A stretch of 64,000 bases of DNA, from positions 1 to 64,000 of the IMG/VR virus record IMGVR_UViG_3300025913_000021; one strand, given 5' to 3'. Each line of letters starts with the position of its first letter. The first letter of the stretch is position 1. The notes below the pieces were generated by a model. The model had not been told where the DNA came from, made no database searches, and saw only the letters and a program-made list of their open reading frames with translations. Source of the stretch: a virus. Positions 49,766 through 59,737 of this stretch are shown one piece after another. The position numbers were made by a program, and so were the translations under genes.

Positions 49766-50023
49766 GCAGGATGGTCATGGTCGCGCTGACGGACGAGCAG
49801 GTAGCTGTTCTCCGTCAGCGCGGCCTCACCTCCGACGAGGAGATCCGCCAGGTCATGCTCAAGGGCATGGGCACGCTGTTCGACCTCTACGACGTGACCA
49901 ACGACGGCCAGCTCGTGGTTCTTCGGCCAGGCGCGAAGGTCCGTGGCCGATTCCGCCGCATCACCCTCGACATCGACACCTGACACGACGGCGAGCACCC
50001 GTCTCTAGCCCTGGAGGCTACGC

Positions 50024-51973
50024 ATGACCAACCCCAACCTGCCCAGTCCGCTCAACTTCGCCGACAAGTTCGCGGCCAAGGCCGGGCGCGCCGGGCGGAT
50101 CCTCAACCCGTTCCGGCAGAAGGTGAAGCGCGAGTTCACCCGCCAGATCATCAAGACGACCTCCTGGGACGAGTTCGACTGGAAAACCGTCCGCAAGGAC
50201 AAGGAGATCGACAAGGCGATCACCGACCTGTACCTCGGCGACCTCAAGAACCCCGAGGAGCGGCCCGGCTACCTCAACGCGCCGGAGCTGATCCAGGACA
50301 TCTTCATGTGCTTCCTCAAGCCCGTGCCGATGCTGCACAAGAAGCACGAGGTGAAAAGGGACGCCCGCCTGAATGGCAAGTTCGTGGAGCAGCTCATGGC
50401 TCTCACGGACTACGAGCGGCTGCACGACCAGACCATGACCGACGTGATGCTGTCCCGCATGGCGACGATCGTCGTCATCGAGGCGCTCCAGGAAATGATC
50501 AAGCAGCACCGCGAGGCCGTGAAGGCTGCCAACGAGGAGCGCCGCAAGCAGGGCGACATCCCGCAGGACAAGCTGCCGCCCAGCAACGGTGGCGACTCCT
50601 GGGACGAGGAGAGTGGCCAGGGCCAGTCCAAGTCCAGCGGCTCGGGCGGCGGCGAGGGCAACGCGGAGGGCACGCCCGGCAAGAACGAGAACACCGGCCA
50701 GTCCCAGCAGCAGGGCCAGGACCCCGGCGAGCCCGGCCAGGAGAACGAGCAGCCGGAGACGCCGTGGGACAACGAGCAGGAAATGCGCGAGCAGATGCGC
50801 AAGGAGCTGGAGGAGCAGCGCAAGCGCGAGCAGGAGTCCGGCGCGTCCCAGGGCGAGTTCTCCGGTCAGAACGACGCGACCGGCGAGCACGGCGAGGGCG
50901 AGGGCGACGAGTCCGAGGGTGAGGGCGAGGGCGACGACGAGGGCAACCTCGACGACCTGGAGCGCGAGTTCGACGACATGGACCTGGACGAGATCGAGGA
51001 GACCGACTGGGAGCAGATGTTCGAGGGCGTGGACTTCGGTCGGCACGTCAACTCGGCTCTCGGCAAGGCGGCGGACTCGATCCAGGAACTCGACGACCTG
51101 CGCAAGGGCGTCGGCATCGACGACGCCGAGTGGAAGGCGATGGACCCCACCGAGCGGCTCAAGATCGCCGAGCGGCTCAACACGCCACGGATGAAGCAGA
51201 TCGCCGACATGGTGGGCCGGATGAAGCGCTTCGCGCTGTCCAAGCAGGCCACGAAGGTGATCGACGCGCCCCACGAGATCTACGACGTGGAAATGGGCAA
51301 CGACATCCGGCGCGTGCTGCGCAGCGAGTTCGCGTTCCTCGGTCACCCGGACACGAAGATCCTGTTCTACAAGAAGTACATCGACCACGAGCTGCTCCAG
51401 TACAAGGAGCGTGGGCACGAGGACGTGGGCAAGGGCCCGATGATCGTGTGCATCGACAACTCGGGCTCGATGGGTGGAGCGCCGGAGAACTGGGCGAAGG
51501 GCGTGGCCGAGGCGATGCGTCGCGTCTGCGCCGACCAGCGCCGGGACTTCTACGCGATGTACTTCGAGACCAACCGACACCGTGAGCGGTTCGACTTCCC
51601 GATGGGCCAGGGCCCGTTCGAGAAGGTGCTCTCGTTCCTGGCGGTCAGCGCGGGTGGTGGCACCGAGTTCGACGGCGTGCTCACCGAGGCGCTCCAGCGG
51701 TGCGAGACGATGTTCGAGTCCGAGGGCAAGGGCAAGGCCGACATCGTGTTCATCACCGACGGCGAGGCGTACCTCGACCAGGCGTGGATCGACAAGTTCG
51801 TGAAGCGGCGGGACGAGATCGGTGCCCGGATCTTCGGCATCTACATCAGCGCCTACGACTCCAGCCGGGGCAGCGCCACGCGCCTGCTGGAGAAGTTCTG
51901 CCAGGTGGTCGTGCCCGTCAAGGCCCTGGAGGTCAACGACGACGCCAGCGACCTGCTGTTCAGCTCGCTGTGA
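50024..51973 (+). CDS. ViaA-like VWA (MIDAS) domain protein with an acidic linker
   Basis: CIDNSGSM, GGGTEF, VFITDGE; next to the AAA+ gene. Confidence 0.88.
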   Translation: MTNPNLPSPLNFADKFAAKAGRAGRILNPFRQKVKREFTRQIIKTTSWDEFDWKTVRKDKEIDKAITDLYLGDLKNPEERPGYLNAPELIQDIFMCFLKPVPMLHKKHEVKRDARLNGKFVEQLMALTDYERLHDQTMTDVMLSRMATIVVIEALQEMIKQHREAVKAANEERRKQGDIPQDKLPPSNGGDSWDEESGQGQSKSSGSGGGEGNAEGTPGKNENTGQSQQQGQDPGEPGQENEQPETPWDNEQEMREQMRKELEEQRKREQESGASQGEFSGQNDATGEHGEGEGDESEGEGEGDDEGNLDDLEREFDDMDLDEIEETDWEQMFEGVDFGRHVNSALGKAADSIQELDDLRKGVGIDDAEWKAMDPTERLKIAERLNTPRMKQIADMVGRMKRFALSKQATKVIDAPHEIYDVEMGNDIRRVLRSEFAFLGHPDTKILFYKKYIDHELLQYKERGHEDVGKGPMIVCIDNSGSMGGAPENWAKGVAEAMRRVCADQRRDFYAMYFETNRHRERFDFPMGQGPFEKVLSFLAVSAGGGTEFDGVLTEALQRCETMFESEGKGKADIVFITDGEAYLDQAWIDKFVKRRDEIGARIFGIYISAYDSSRGSATRLLEKFCQVVVPVKALEVNDDASDLLFSSL

Positions 51974-52199
51974 CCGAGAAGTCGCCCGCCGAGCTGCGCG
52001 CCGAGGGCCTCCAGATGATCGACGAGTCGCGTGTTCGTAACGCGGCTCATCGTCTGGAGGTCCAGCGCGCGCTCGGCAGTGCCTACATCCAGTGGAAATA
52101 CTGCCCGCGCCGCTACTGGCGCGAGCGGGGTCGTCTGCGGCGCGCCTTCCGAGCGATCGAGGCGGAGGCGCGCCGCATCTACGGCGGACGGCTGTTCCA

Positions 52200-52538
52200 G
52201 TGACCACGCGGATGACGTACGCCGAGGCGCAGCGGGCCAACCGTCTGTACTCGGTGCTACCGACCCTGCCCAAGACCAACCGGCCCGAGTGGGCCACGTT
52301 CATCTACGGTCGATCGCCGGAGTTCAAGCAGCACAGCAACATCGGACACGCCAAGAGCGCGATCCACTCGGCTGGGCACGGCGTGCTCTACCGCTGGATG
52401 ACCTGGGACCACGAGGAGCCGAATTGGACGCCCGTCGCAATCGTCGAGAAGGGCGAGGTCAAGACCCACCCGGCAATGCAGACGGGGGCGAAGCCGATGA
52501 CTCCGGCGGTCGCGCACATGATCGAGGAGGAGCCGTGA
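52200..52538 (+). CDS. Hypothetical protein with tag HMIEEEP*
   Basis: GTGA coupled. Confidence 0.7.
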   Translation: MTTRMTYAEAQRANRLYSVLPTLPKTNRPEWATFIYGRSPEFKQHSNIGHAKSAIHSAGHGVLYRWMTWDHEEPNWTPVAIVEKGEVKTHPAMQTGAKPMTPAVAHMIEEEP

Positions 52539-52957
52539 AGCGACTAGCCCGCGCGTTTCCTCGGGCGATCTTCGCCGCTGCGTCGGTCGCGTTCGTGTTC
52601 ATGGCGGTCAGCCATGCCGTGCACCTCGTACATGACCCGACAAGGTTCTACTACAGGGACTCCGAGCGAGCATTGGCCCTGTTCACGGTCATCGTCGTTT
52701 CGTGGGTCCTGGGCCTGTTGAGCTGCTACGTGCTGTTCCAGTACCAGCTCCGGAAGCGTCGGCGGGCCAACCCGCCGATCATGACGTTGCAGTGCCCACG
52801 ATGTCGAAACCCGTTCCCGATCACCGAGATCGCTGCTCACGTCGATGAGCACATCGCCGAGGCGCGTGCACTGTCCACGCACAACGGACCACCGATCACG
52901 GCGATCGTGCGCAACCCGAGCGACTCGGAGTGGCGCATCATCCAGGAGGGAGTCTGA
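52535..52957 (+). CDS. Two-TM protein with a zinc finger and tag RIIQEGV*
   Basis: GTGA coupled; CPRC...H...H. Confidence 0.7.
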   Translation: MKRLARAFPRAIFAAASVAFVFMAVSHAVHLVHDPTRFYYRDSERALALFTVIVVSWVLGLLSCYVLFQYQLRKRRRANPPIMTLQCPRCRNPFPITEIAAHVDEHIAEARALSTHNGPPITAIVRNPSDSEWRIIQEGV

Positions 52958-53874
52958 TGGCGAAGGTCTATTGCCCAGGCTGCAAGCAACTGCTCGAACA
53001 CGATCGCGGCCACCTGCCGCTGCACATGACCGACATCCAGCGCGGCCTGCTCGTCACCGGCTCGAAGGTGTGCGACTACAGCAACAAGAAGATCGTCACC
53101 GAGAAGGCGACCGCCGAGTACACGTACGACTGCCCGGACTGCGGGATGGAGACCTCGCTCAAGATCACCGAGGACTACCCGGGCGCATTCACCGACGGCA
53201 TCAAGCCCTGGATCGAGATCGACTGCATCGGCTGCTCGGTGAGCCACGACGGCTACTACTGCTCGAACCCGGGCTGTGGCATCGAAGTCCTGGAGCGGAC
53301 GAACGAGTTCTACCGCGTGTCCGATTCCGAGGGCAGATACCTGCCGAAGGAAACCGGCGAGGACAAGCCGGTCATGCACCGGGACTTCGACACCGAGGCC
53401 GACGCGGGGTCCTACATCGCGTCGATCACTCAGCCGGACGACGAGCCGGATCGGTACAACCTCGACGCCATGCCCTCGGGCTGGTACGAGGTACGCAACG
53501 GCGTCGCTGGTGACAGCGACTGCCGAGCAGCGCTGCACGACCCGAAGCTGCTGCTGATGTCCGGTGGCAGCGCCTACCACGTGGGCGTGCTCAGGCCCGA
53601 GTTCCACAAGACGGTGCGCGTGACCGACGGTCACGTCATCGACGAGGAGCCCGAGCCCGGCGAGGTCATCCTGGCCACGGACGCCGAACCGGTCGCAGTG
53701 GACGGGATGCTCATCTGCGACTGCTGCAACCTTGCTCGACCCGAACTGCCCTACGAACACCAGTACGACGACGGGCGTCCCTCGCAGGTCTACTGCCAGG
53801 AGTGCTACGACGCCGGATGTGACGACGAATGCGCCGTGCGCGCCCGAGCCCGACAGGGGAGGACCCATGCCTGA
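52957..53874 (+). CDS. Cys-rich acidic protein
   Basis: Multiple CxxC motifs; TGATG coupled. Confidence 0.7.
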   Translation: MAKVYCPGCKQLLEHDRGHLPLHMTDIQRGLLVTGSKVCDYSNKKIVTEKATAEYTYDCPDCGMETSLKITEDYPGAFTDGIKPWIEIDCIGCSVSHDGYYCSNPGCGIEVLERTNEFYRVSDSEGRYLPKETGEDKPVMHRDFDTEADAGSYIASITQPDDEPDRYNLDAMPSGWYEVRNGVAGDSDCRAALHDPKLLLMSGGSAYHVGVLRPEFHKTVRVTDGHVIDEEPEPGEVILATDAEPVAVDGMLICDCCNLARPELPYEHQYDDGRPSQVYCQECYDAGCDDECAVRARARQGRTHA

Positions 53875-54247
53875 CAAGAGCACCCTCACGAAGATCGAAA
53901 TCCGCTACATCCCGAACGCCAAGGTCGGGCCGTTGTTCATGAAGGCGCAGCTCGGTGACCCGAGCGCGTTCCTTCCGGTCAACGAGCTGGACCTGATCGA
54001 CATGCCCGGCATGGACGCCAGCCGCCGGGCCGTCTCCCACCCGAAGAACCTGGAGACGATCTACAAGCACTACCAGCGCATCGACGACACGCCGGACGAG
54101 CGCTGCACGCAGCTCAAGGTCCGCTCGATGTCGGTCGGGGATGCGATCGTCGTGAAGGGCAAGGCGTACTACGTCGTGTCCGACGGCTTCGCCTTCAAGG
54201 ACGAGAGCGGTGCTCTCGTGCCGGTGACCCCCGAGAACTGCGGCTGA
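53867..54247 (+). CDS. YodL-like domain protein
   Basis: LETIY...RSMSVGDAIVV...AYYVVSDGF. Confidence 0.6.
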   Translation: MPDKSTLTKIEIRYIPNAKVGPLFMKAQLGDPSAFLPVNELDLIDMPGMDASRRAVSHPKNLETIYKHYQRIDDTPDERCTQLKVRSMSVGDAIVVKGKAYYVVSDGFAFKDESGALVPVTPENCG

Positions 54248-54626
54248 TCGGAGACCGTCGTGTCCGCACCCACCGTCGTCGGCACCTTCCGGTGCACCTG
54301 CTGCTGTAGCGGCAACCGGATCGAGCACACCGACGAGGACTGCGAAGTTGGCTACATGCGCTGCTCTGGATGCAATTGCGTCAAGGCACGCATGGGGTCG
54401 GCCACGCAGATCACGCTGCGGGTGCAGGTGTCGGGCGCACTCACGATCGACACCGTAGAGCGGGCTGCCGAGCTGGCGCGAGCGCTCGGAGCCACGGACG
54501 ACCTGGCGATGGTCCGTGGCTCCGACAACGTGCACTACTTCGAGGTCTCCGGCCAGGGCGCGGTCAACGCGCTGGAGATCGCGAAGCTGCGTCGTGACCA
54601 CCACGGCAGGGCACACAGGAGCTGAG

Positions 54627-55013
54627 TTGCCGAAGCTGACCCTCCAGGGGTGTAAGCATCCGATCCTCCAACCGTGGGGAGCGGACTACGACCCGTGGAC
54701 GAGCGAGGGCTCGAAGCAGGTCACCTGCATGGTCTGCTACGAGCGCCTGATCGTCGAGGACGACCAGCCCGCCAACCGCATCTTTGGTCGTCGCGGCGGC
54801 GCAATGGACAACTCGAAGCTGCCTCGCGCCCAGCCAGCTCTGCCGTGCGAGCACCGAAGCAAGACGCCCATCCAGAAGCCCGAGAAGTTCACTCACGGCG
54901 ACTACACCGATGCGCTCTGCGAGACGTGCGGCGTCGTGCTGCGTCACCCCGAAGGCCCCGGCCAGTGGGAGGAGGTGATCTTCAATGGCTATGTCATCCG
55001 AGAGGAGCCCTGA
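54627..55013 (+). CDS. Double zinc-binding protein with tag YVIREEP*
   Basis: Two CxH...CxxC units; probable TTG start. Confidence 0.65.
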   Translation: MPKLTLQGCKHPILQPWGADYDPWTSEGSKQVTCMVCYERLIVEDDQPANRIFGRRGGAMDNSKLPRAQPALPCEHRSKTPIQKPEKFTHGDYTDALCETCGVVLRHPEGPGQWEEVIFNGYVIREEP

Positions 55014-55014
55014 C

Positions 55015-55323
55015 GTGCCCACCTGCATGCGCTGCGAGCGGACGTTCAGCTCGCATCGGGGTTTGGACATCCATCGAAATCGGGCTCACCCGGTCTCGGA
55101 CAACTTCGTCATCGACTTCCTCAACCTCCCGCACGCACAGCAGGAGGAGGTTCTGCGCATCGTCGCGCCGGACGGCAAGCCGATCGACCTGGACCAGATC
55201 GTGCCTCGGATGCTGGCGATCGTCAGTTCACCGCAGAGCCGTGCCGAGAACACGACACTGCGCTCGGCGCTGGCGAAGATCACCGGAGTCGAGTACCGCT
55301 ACATGATTTCGGAGGAGCCGTGA
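55015..55323 (+). CDS. C2H2 zinc-finger protein with tag YMISEEP*
   Basis: CMRCERTFSSHRGLDIHRNRAH. Confidence 0.75.
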   Translation: MPTCMRCERTFSSHRGLDIHRNRAHPVSDNFVIDFLNLPHAQQEEVLRIVAPDGKPIDLDQIVPRMLAIVSSPQSRAENTTLRSALAKITGVEYRYMISEEP

Positions 55324-55589
55324 CGATGACACTGCCTCCGGCGATGCCCGCCTGGCAGCCCCAGGACAAGCGCCCACTGCCTGATGCGATCGGCACGGGC
55401 ACGCAGTACGTCAAGGAGTGCGCCAACAGCCAGCGCGACAACGGCTACCACTTCCCGAAGTGCGGCGTGCTGATGTCACCGGACGAGCGCTCGGACTGGT
55501 GCGCGTCCTGCGGTCTGCGGATCTTCTTCCACCCGGCTTCGCAGAACTGGTACAGCGCCACGTGGCACCTGATCATCGAGGAACCATGA
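55320..55589 (+). CDS. Small Cys protein with tag HLIIEEP*
   Basis: ORF track. Confidence 0.7.
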   Translation: MTMTLPPAMPAWQPQDKRPLPDAIGTGTQYVKECANSQRDNGYHFPKCGVLMSPDERSDWCASCGLRIFFHPASQNWYSATWHLIIEEP

Positions 55590-56062
55590 GCGGCGTCGGG
55601 CACGCGGCACTCACGTGGTACTGCATCGACTGCGCGCACTACTTCGACGACCCGATGGACTCCAACGCTCACGTCCGCAAGACCGGGCACACCGCGCGCT
55701 GCGTCAACATGGCCGATCACGACACGTGGGTCCATGACGAACGCGACGACGTACCGCTCACCCGCAAGACGCAGCTCGTCAGAAAGGCTGCTCGTCAGTT
55801 TCGGACGGGCGAGGTGCTGTACCTGTTCGGGTGCGACACCGGGCCGGAACTCTACGGCGTGCTGCGCGGCGCGTTCGTCATCACCGAGAAGAAGCACCAG
55901 TCCGACACGGGCGTGAGCTTCTTCCTGCGTCACCAGTACGTCCAGCCCAACAAGCCGTGGTCGGGTCCGGGTCGCAGCTACTTGGTCGAGTTCGCACGCG
56001 ACCAGTTGCTGTACCGGCTCTCGGGCACGCCGGTCACATTCGTCATTCGGGAACTGCCGTGA
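55586..56062 (+). CDS. C2H2-like protein with tag FVIRELP*
   Basis: CIDC...H....H; ATGA coupled. Confidence 0.7.
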   Translation: MSGVGHAALTWYCIDCAHYFDDPMDSNAHVRKTGHTARCVNMADHDTWVHDERDDVPLTRKTQLVRKAARQFRTGEVLYLFGCDTGPELYGVLRGAFVITEKKHQSDTGVSFFLRHQYVQPNKPWSGPGRSYLVEFARDQLLYRLSGTPVTFVIRELP

Positions 56063-56262
56063 CCGCCGAACTGCCACAGCTACGCGATGCGCTCGTGGAG
56101 CTATTCAGAGAGCACGAAGATGAGATCACCGAGGAGTACGGCGACTACGGCTACGGCGGCGAATGGCACGACCTCGGTCGTCGTCTCGTTCCCGAGTCTG
56201 CTGCCGACTTGGTGATCCGATTCCTGGCTTCCAGGACGTACGTCATACAGGAGACGCCATGA
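56059..56262 (+). CDS. Small protein with tag YVIQETP*
   Basis: GTGA coupled. Confidence 0.7.
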   Translation: MTAELPQLRDALVELFREHEDEITEEYGDYGYGGEWHDLGRRLVPESAADLVIRFLASRTYVIQETP

Positions 56263-56693
56263 CGAGACCAGCAAGCAAACGCGCCCGCATCCTGGTCAAG
56301 GGGACGGCGCTGCACTTCTTCGACGCGGGCCTCGGCCAGCGCGGCAGTGACAAGTTCTATCGGGCTTTCGTGTACGAGCACCCGGCGGGCCAGTGGCACG
56401 CCGTAATGTGCTGGGGCCGCGACGGCACCTACGGCCAGAGCAAGGCCGAGGACTTCCCCACCGAGTACGACGCCAACAAGGTGATCCAGCGGAAGATCGC
56501 CGAGAAGATGCGCCACGGCTACGAGATCATCGGCAACGGCGACGCGGTGCTCGACATCGCCTCGTCCATCCGGCTGGAAATGCTCGGCGTGGAGTTCATG
56601 CACGCCGTCGCGCAGCGCGACCCGGACAAGAGCCGGATGAGTGGAGGCATCATCATCCAGGAGGAACCGGACCTGATGGACTTGCTGGGCTGA
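56259..56693 (+). CDS. WGR-domain protein with tag IIIQEEP-DLMDLLG*
   Basis: SDKFY...WGRDGTYGQ...EKMRHGY. Confidence 0.8.
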   Translation: MTRPASKRARILVKGTALHFFDAGLGQRGSDKFYRAFVYEHPAGQWHAVMCWGRDGTYGQSKAEDFPTEYDANKVIQRKIAEKMRHGYEIIGNGDAVLDIASSIRLEMLGVEFMHAVAQRDPDKSRMSGGIIIQEEPDLMDLLG

Positions 56694-56758
56694 GCCCCTA
56701 GTCCAATCCGAACATCGGACTACGCTCAACCTCAACTTCACCCGTCGATAGGACTCCG

Positions 56759-57118
56759 ATGAACAAGATCGCCTCAACACGTCAGGTCGCCCAAGTCGCT
56801 CAAGGACTGAGCGACGCGTTCCTGCGGTGCCGCGACATCGGCCACCAGTGGAGGCTCTACTACCAGCACCGCGAAGGCTCCGTGATCGTGCGGAAGATGT
56901 GGTGCCCATCGTGCAAGACGAACCGCAAGACGAAGATCAACCGCTACGGCGAGGTCGTGTCCAACAGCTACGACTACGACGACGGTTACCTCATCGAGGG
57001 ACTCGGCCGCGTGCAGGGTCGCAGCAAGGCGCTGCTCCGAGCCGAAGCGATCAACCGCACACCCGAGATCGACCTCGACTACCGCATCTTCGAGGAACCC
57101 AGCACTGCCGACCTGTAG
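56759..57118 (+). CDS. Zinc-binding protein with tag YRIFEEP-STADL*
   Basis: CRDIGHQW...CPSC. Confidence 0.7.
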   Translation: MNKIASTRQVAQVAQGLSDAFLRCRDIGHQWRLYYQHREGSVIVRKMWCPSCKTNRKTKINRYGEVVSNSYDYDDGYLIEGLGRVQGRSKALLRAEAINRTPEIDLDYRIFEEPSTADL

Positions 57119-57127
57119 GAGGCCGAC

Positions 57128-58009
57128 ATGACCGAGCCCACGGCTCCCACGCCCACGGAGGCGACCCCGTACAACCCGGGTGGCGACATGACCCAGGGCG
57201 TCGCCCGAGCGCACATCGAGACGCCCGAGGAGATCGCCGCCAACCCGATCGACGACGAGCCCAACACAACCTGCATGGCCTGCCTCGGCGGCGGCTCCGA
57301 CCTGGACGAGCCCTGCCCGGCCAGTGAGTCCGGCGAGCACGTGTTCGACGCGACCGAGGACGAGCTGCCGACGCCGTACCCGACCGACGAGGACGACGAG
57401 CGCACCCGCCGCGAGTGGCAGGAGGCGCACCCGGAGGCTCGTGAGCGTCCGACCGCTCCGCCGACCACGACGACCCCGCCGACCGAACTGCCGATCAGTG
57501 ATCTCGCCGACCAGGCCAAGGGTCTCCTCAACCAGTGGAAGGACCAGCCTGCCGAGCCGTACAGCACCCAGCACGCCAAGGTGCTGCGCTTCGAGCTGAG
57601 CATCGGCAAGAACGACGACGCCCGCACGCTGGAGCGCTTCGAACAGGACATCCGCGCCGCCCTGGCGAAGATCGAGGGCGAGCCGATCCACAACGTCACG
57701 CTCCAGGGCGGCTACTACATCATCGACGGCAAGGTCTGCCTCCCGGCCGACTACGACCCGGCGACGAAGAACCGCAAGCCCGGCACGTACCCGCCCTCGT
57801 GGGCCGGTGGCCCGGAGAAGGGCAAGGAGCGCGAGTACCTCGCCGCCCAGGACGACGAGCCGGTGGCCAGTCTGCCCCCGGTGAAGGCGCAGCCCGCCAA
57901 GACCCGCAAGCCGCGTGCGAAGCGCGAGGAGCCCGCTCCGACCGACTCCGCCGAGGACGTGGTGGCGAAGCTGGCCGGGAACATGACCCGAGAGGTGCAG
58001 GCACAGTGA
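57128..58009 (+). CDS. Hypothetical Pro/Glu-rich protein
   Basis: AGGAGG RBS. Confidence 0.7.
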   Translation: MTEPTAPTPTEATPYNPGGDMTQGVARAHIETPEEIAANPIDDEPNTTCMACLGGGSDLDEPCPASESGEHVFDATEDELPTPYPTDEDDERTRREWQEAHPEARERPTAPPTTTTPPTELPISDLADQAKGLLNQWKDQPAEPYSTQHAKVLRFELSIGKNDDARTLERFEQDIRAALAKIEGEPIHNVTLQGGYYIIDGKVCLPADYDPATKNRKPGTYPPSWAGGPEKGKEREYLAAQDDEPVASLPPVKAQPAKTRKPRAKREEPAPTDSAEDVVAKLAGNMTREVQAQ

Positions 58010-58596
58010 CCGAGGCGACCGCAGCGCCGGACGAGCGTCCGGTCGAGGAGCAGGACGAACCGCAGCCGTACGTCGTGCGTCTGCTGGCCACGGTGCCCGC
58101 TCACAGCCCCGAGGAGGCGGTGCTCGGCTTCATCGAGCAACTCACTGCCAACGGGCTGCGTAACTGGGTGTACGGCGTCCTGGACGCTGAGACCGGCGAG
58201 ACGGTCGCCGAACTGAACGGCTACGCCCAGGACCAGAGCGAGCTGATCGAGCGGCTCAGCGCCGAGCAGGAGGCCGCAGAGCGCGACCGAGAGCCCGACG
58301 ACGACGAGCCCGAGCCGGACGAGGCTGCCACGCCGGACAGCGACGAGGAGCTGACCCGACTCGCGGAGGGCCTCAATGCCGGACAGCAGTGATCTCGGTG
58401 CCCTGCCGGAGCCCCGGGCCAGCGAGGACGAGGAGTACGCGCGACTCCTCGCGGCCCGGCGGCAGGCGGTCGCCGCGATCATGGACGCCGAGCAGATCGA
58501 GCGCGAGGCAAGTGCGGCCCGGCGCAAAGCCGCACGACTGACGAAAACGTACGAAAGACTCCTTCTGGAGTGGCACGGCCAGCAACGGTTGCTCTA

Positions 58597-58950
58597 GTGG
58601 TCAAGACATTCAGCCGCGTGCCCATTTTCGATCGGCTCATGGCCCGATCGGAGTACCGGCCGTCTCCACCAGGCATCCCGACGCCGTGCCTCGTATGGAC
58701 GGGCGCGAGGACCAAGTTCGGATACGGCAACATCCGCTACCAGGGTCGAGTCGTGCTGATCCACCGCCTCGTCTGGGAGCTGCGCAACGGGCCGATTCCG
58801 CCCGGTATGCACGTCCTCCATCGGTGCGACAATCCGCCCTGCTGGGCGGAGGGGCATCACTGGCTGGGCACCAACGCCGAGAACACGGCGGATCGACAGC
58901 GAAAGGGTCGCTTCAAGGCTCGCGGGCCGAATAGAGTGCGGCCAAACTGA
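58597..58950 (+). CDS. HNH homing endonuclease
   Basis: CLVWTG..GYG...HRLVW...VLHRCDNPPC...GTNAEN. Confidence 0.88.
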   Translation: MVKTFSRVPIFDRLMARSEYRPSPPGIPTPCLVWTGARTKFGYGNIRYQGRVVLIHRLVWELRNGPIPPGMHVLHRCDNPPCWAEGHHWLGTNAENTADRQRKGRFKARGPNRVRPN

Positions 58951-59008
58951 ATCAATGATCGGATTGCGCGGCAGGTCCGCCGCCGATTTTCACCAGAGGG
59001 AGAAGCCG

Positions 59009-59737
59009 ATGACCGACCTCACGGCGCGCAAGAAGATGCTCGACACCCTCAGCGACGATCTCGTCTACGAGGGCTGGGACCTACCGTGCAAGCTCTGGAT
59101 GGTCCTGGGCAGCAACGAGGACCCGTACCTGGAGTTCGTCGGGAACTACAACATGGACCCGAACCACTGGTGGATGCACCGCGCCGAGGAGGGCTCCGTC
59201 AAGGACCACGTGATCGGCCTGGTGACGTGCTGGGAGTCGTGGTGCTACCCGAAGGCGCTCGGCGACTACTTCGACCAGCACCGCGAGAAGGGCGGCGTCG
59301 CGCTCCAGGCGTACAGCGCGATCATCGGCCCGCAGGGCCACCCGGACCACGGGAACCTGCGCTCGATGATGGCCGTGTTCCGCGACGGCGAGGTCATCAA
59401 GGTCGAGCACTTCGACACGGGCGAGAAGAAGTTCAACGCGATGTCCGATCACCCGCTCACCGGGTCCGTCGGCGACGAACTCGTGGACTACATGCGCTGC
59501 GTCATCGGCATCCACTCCTACGACCCGAACCCGCTGCACCGGATCTCGGAGCTGTTCACCAGCAGCGCGGAGATCCAGTCGATCATCGACACGGCGAAGC
59601 GCGAGAACTGGCCGTCGGTGCGGCTCTCGGCCGAGATCTTCAAGCACGCCCCCGAGGACGTGCAGCAGGAGCTGGCCCGCACGATGCCGGAGGAAGTGCG
59701 GAGGTACCTCGATGCCGAGTCCCACCCGCAACCCTGA
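59009..59737 (+). CDS. Hypothetical protein
   Basis: 242 aa with good codon bias. Confidence 0.65.
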   Translation: MTDLTARKKMLDTLSDDLVYEGWDLPCKLWMVLGSNEDPYLEFVGNYNMDPNHWWMHRAEEGSVKDHVIGLVTCWESWCYPKALGDYFDQHREKGGVALQAYSAIIGPQGHPDHGNLRSMMAVFRDGEVIKVEHFDTGEKKFNAMSDHPLTGSVGDELVDYMRCVIGIHSYDPNPLHRISELFTSSAEIQSIIDTAKRENWPSVRLSAEIFKHAPEDVQQELARTMPEEVRRYLDAESHPQP

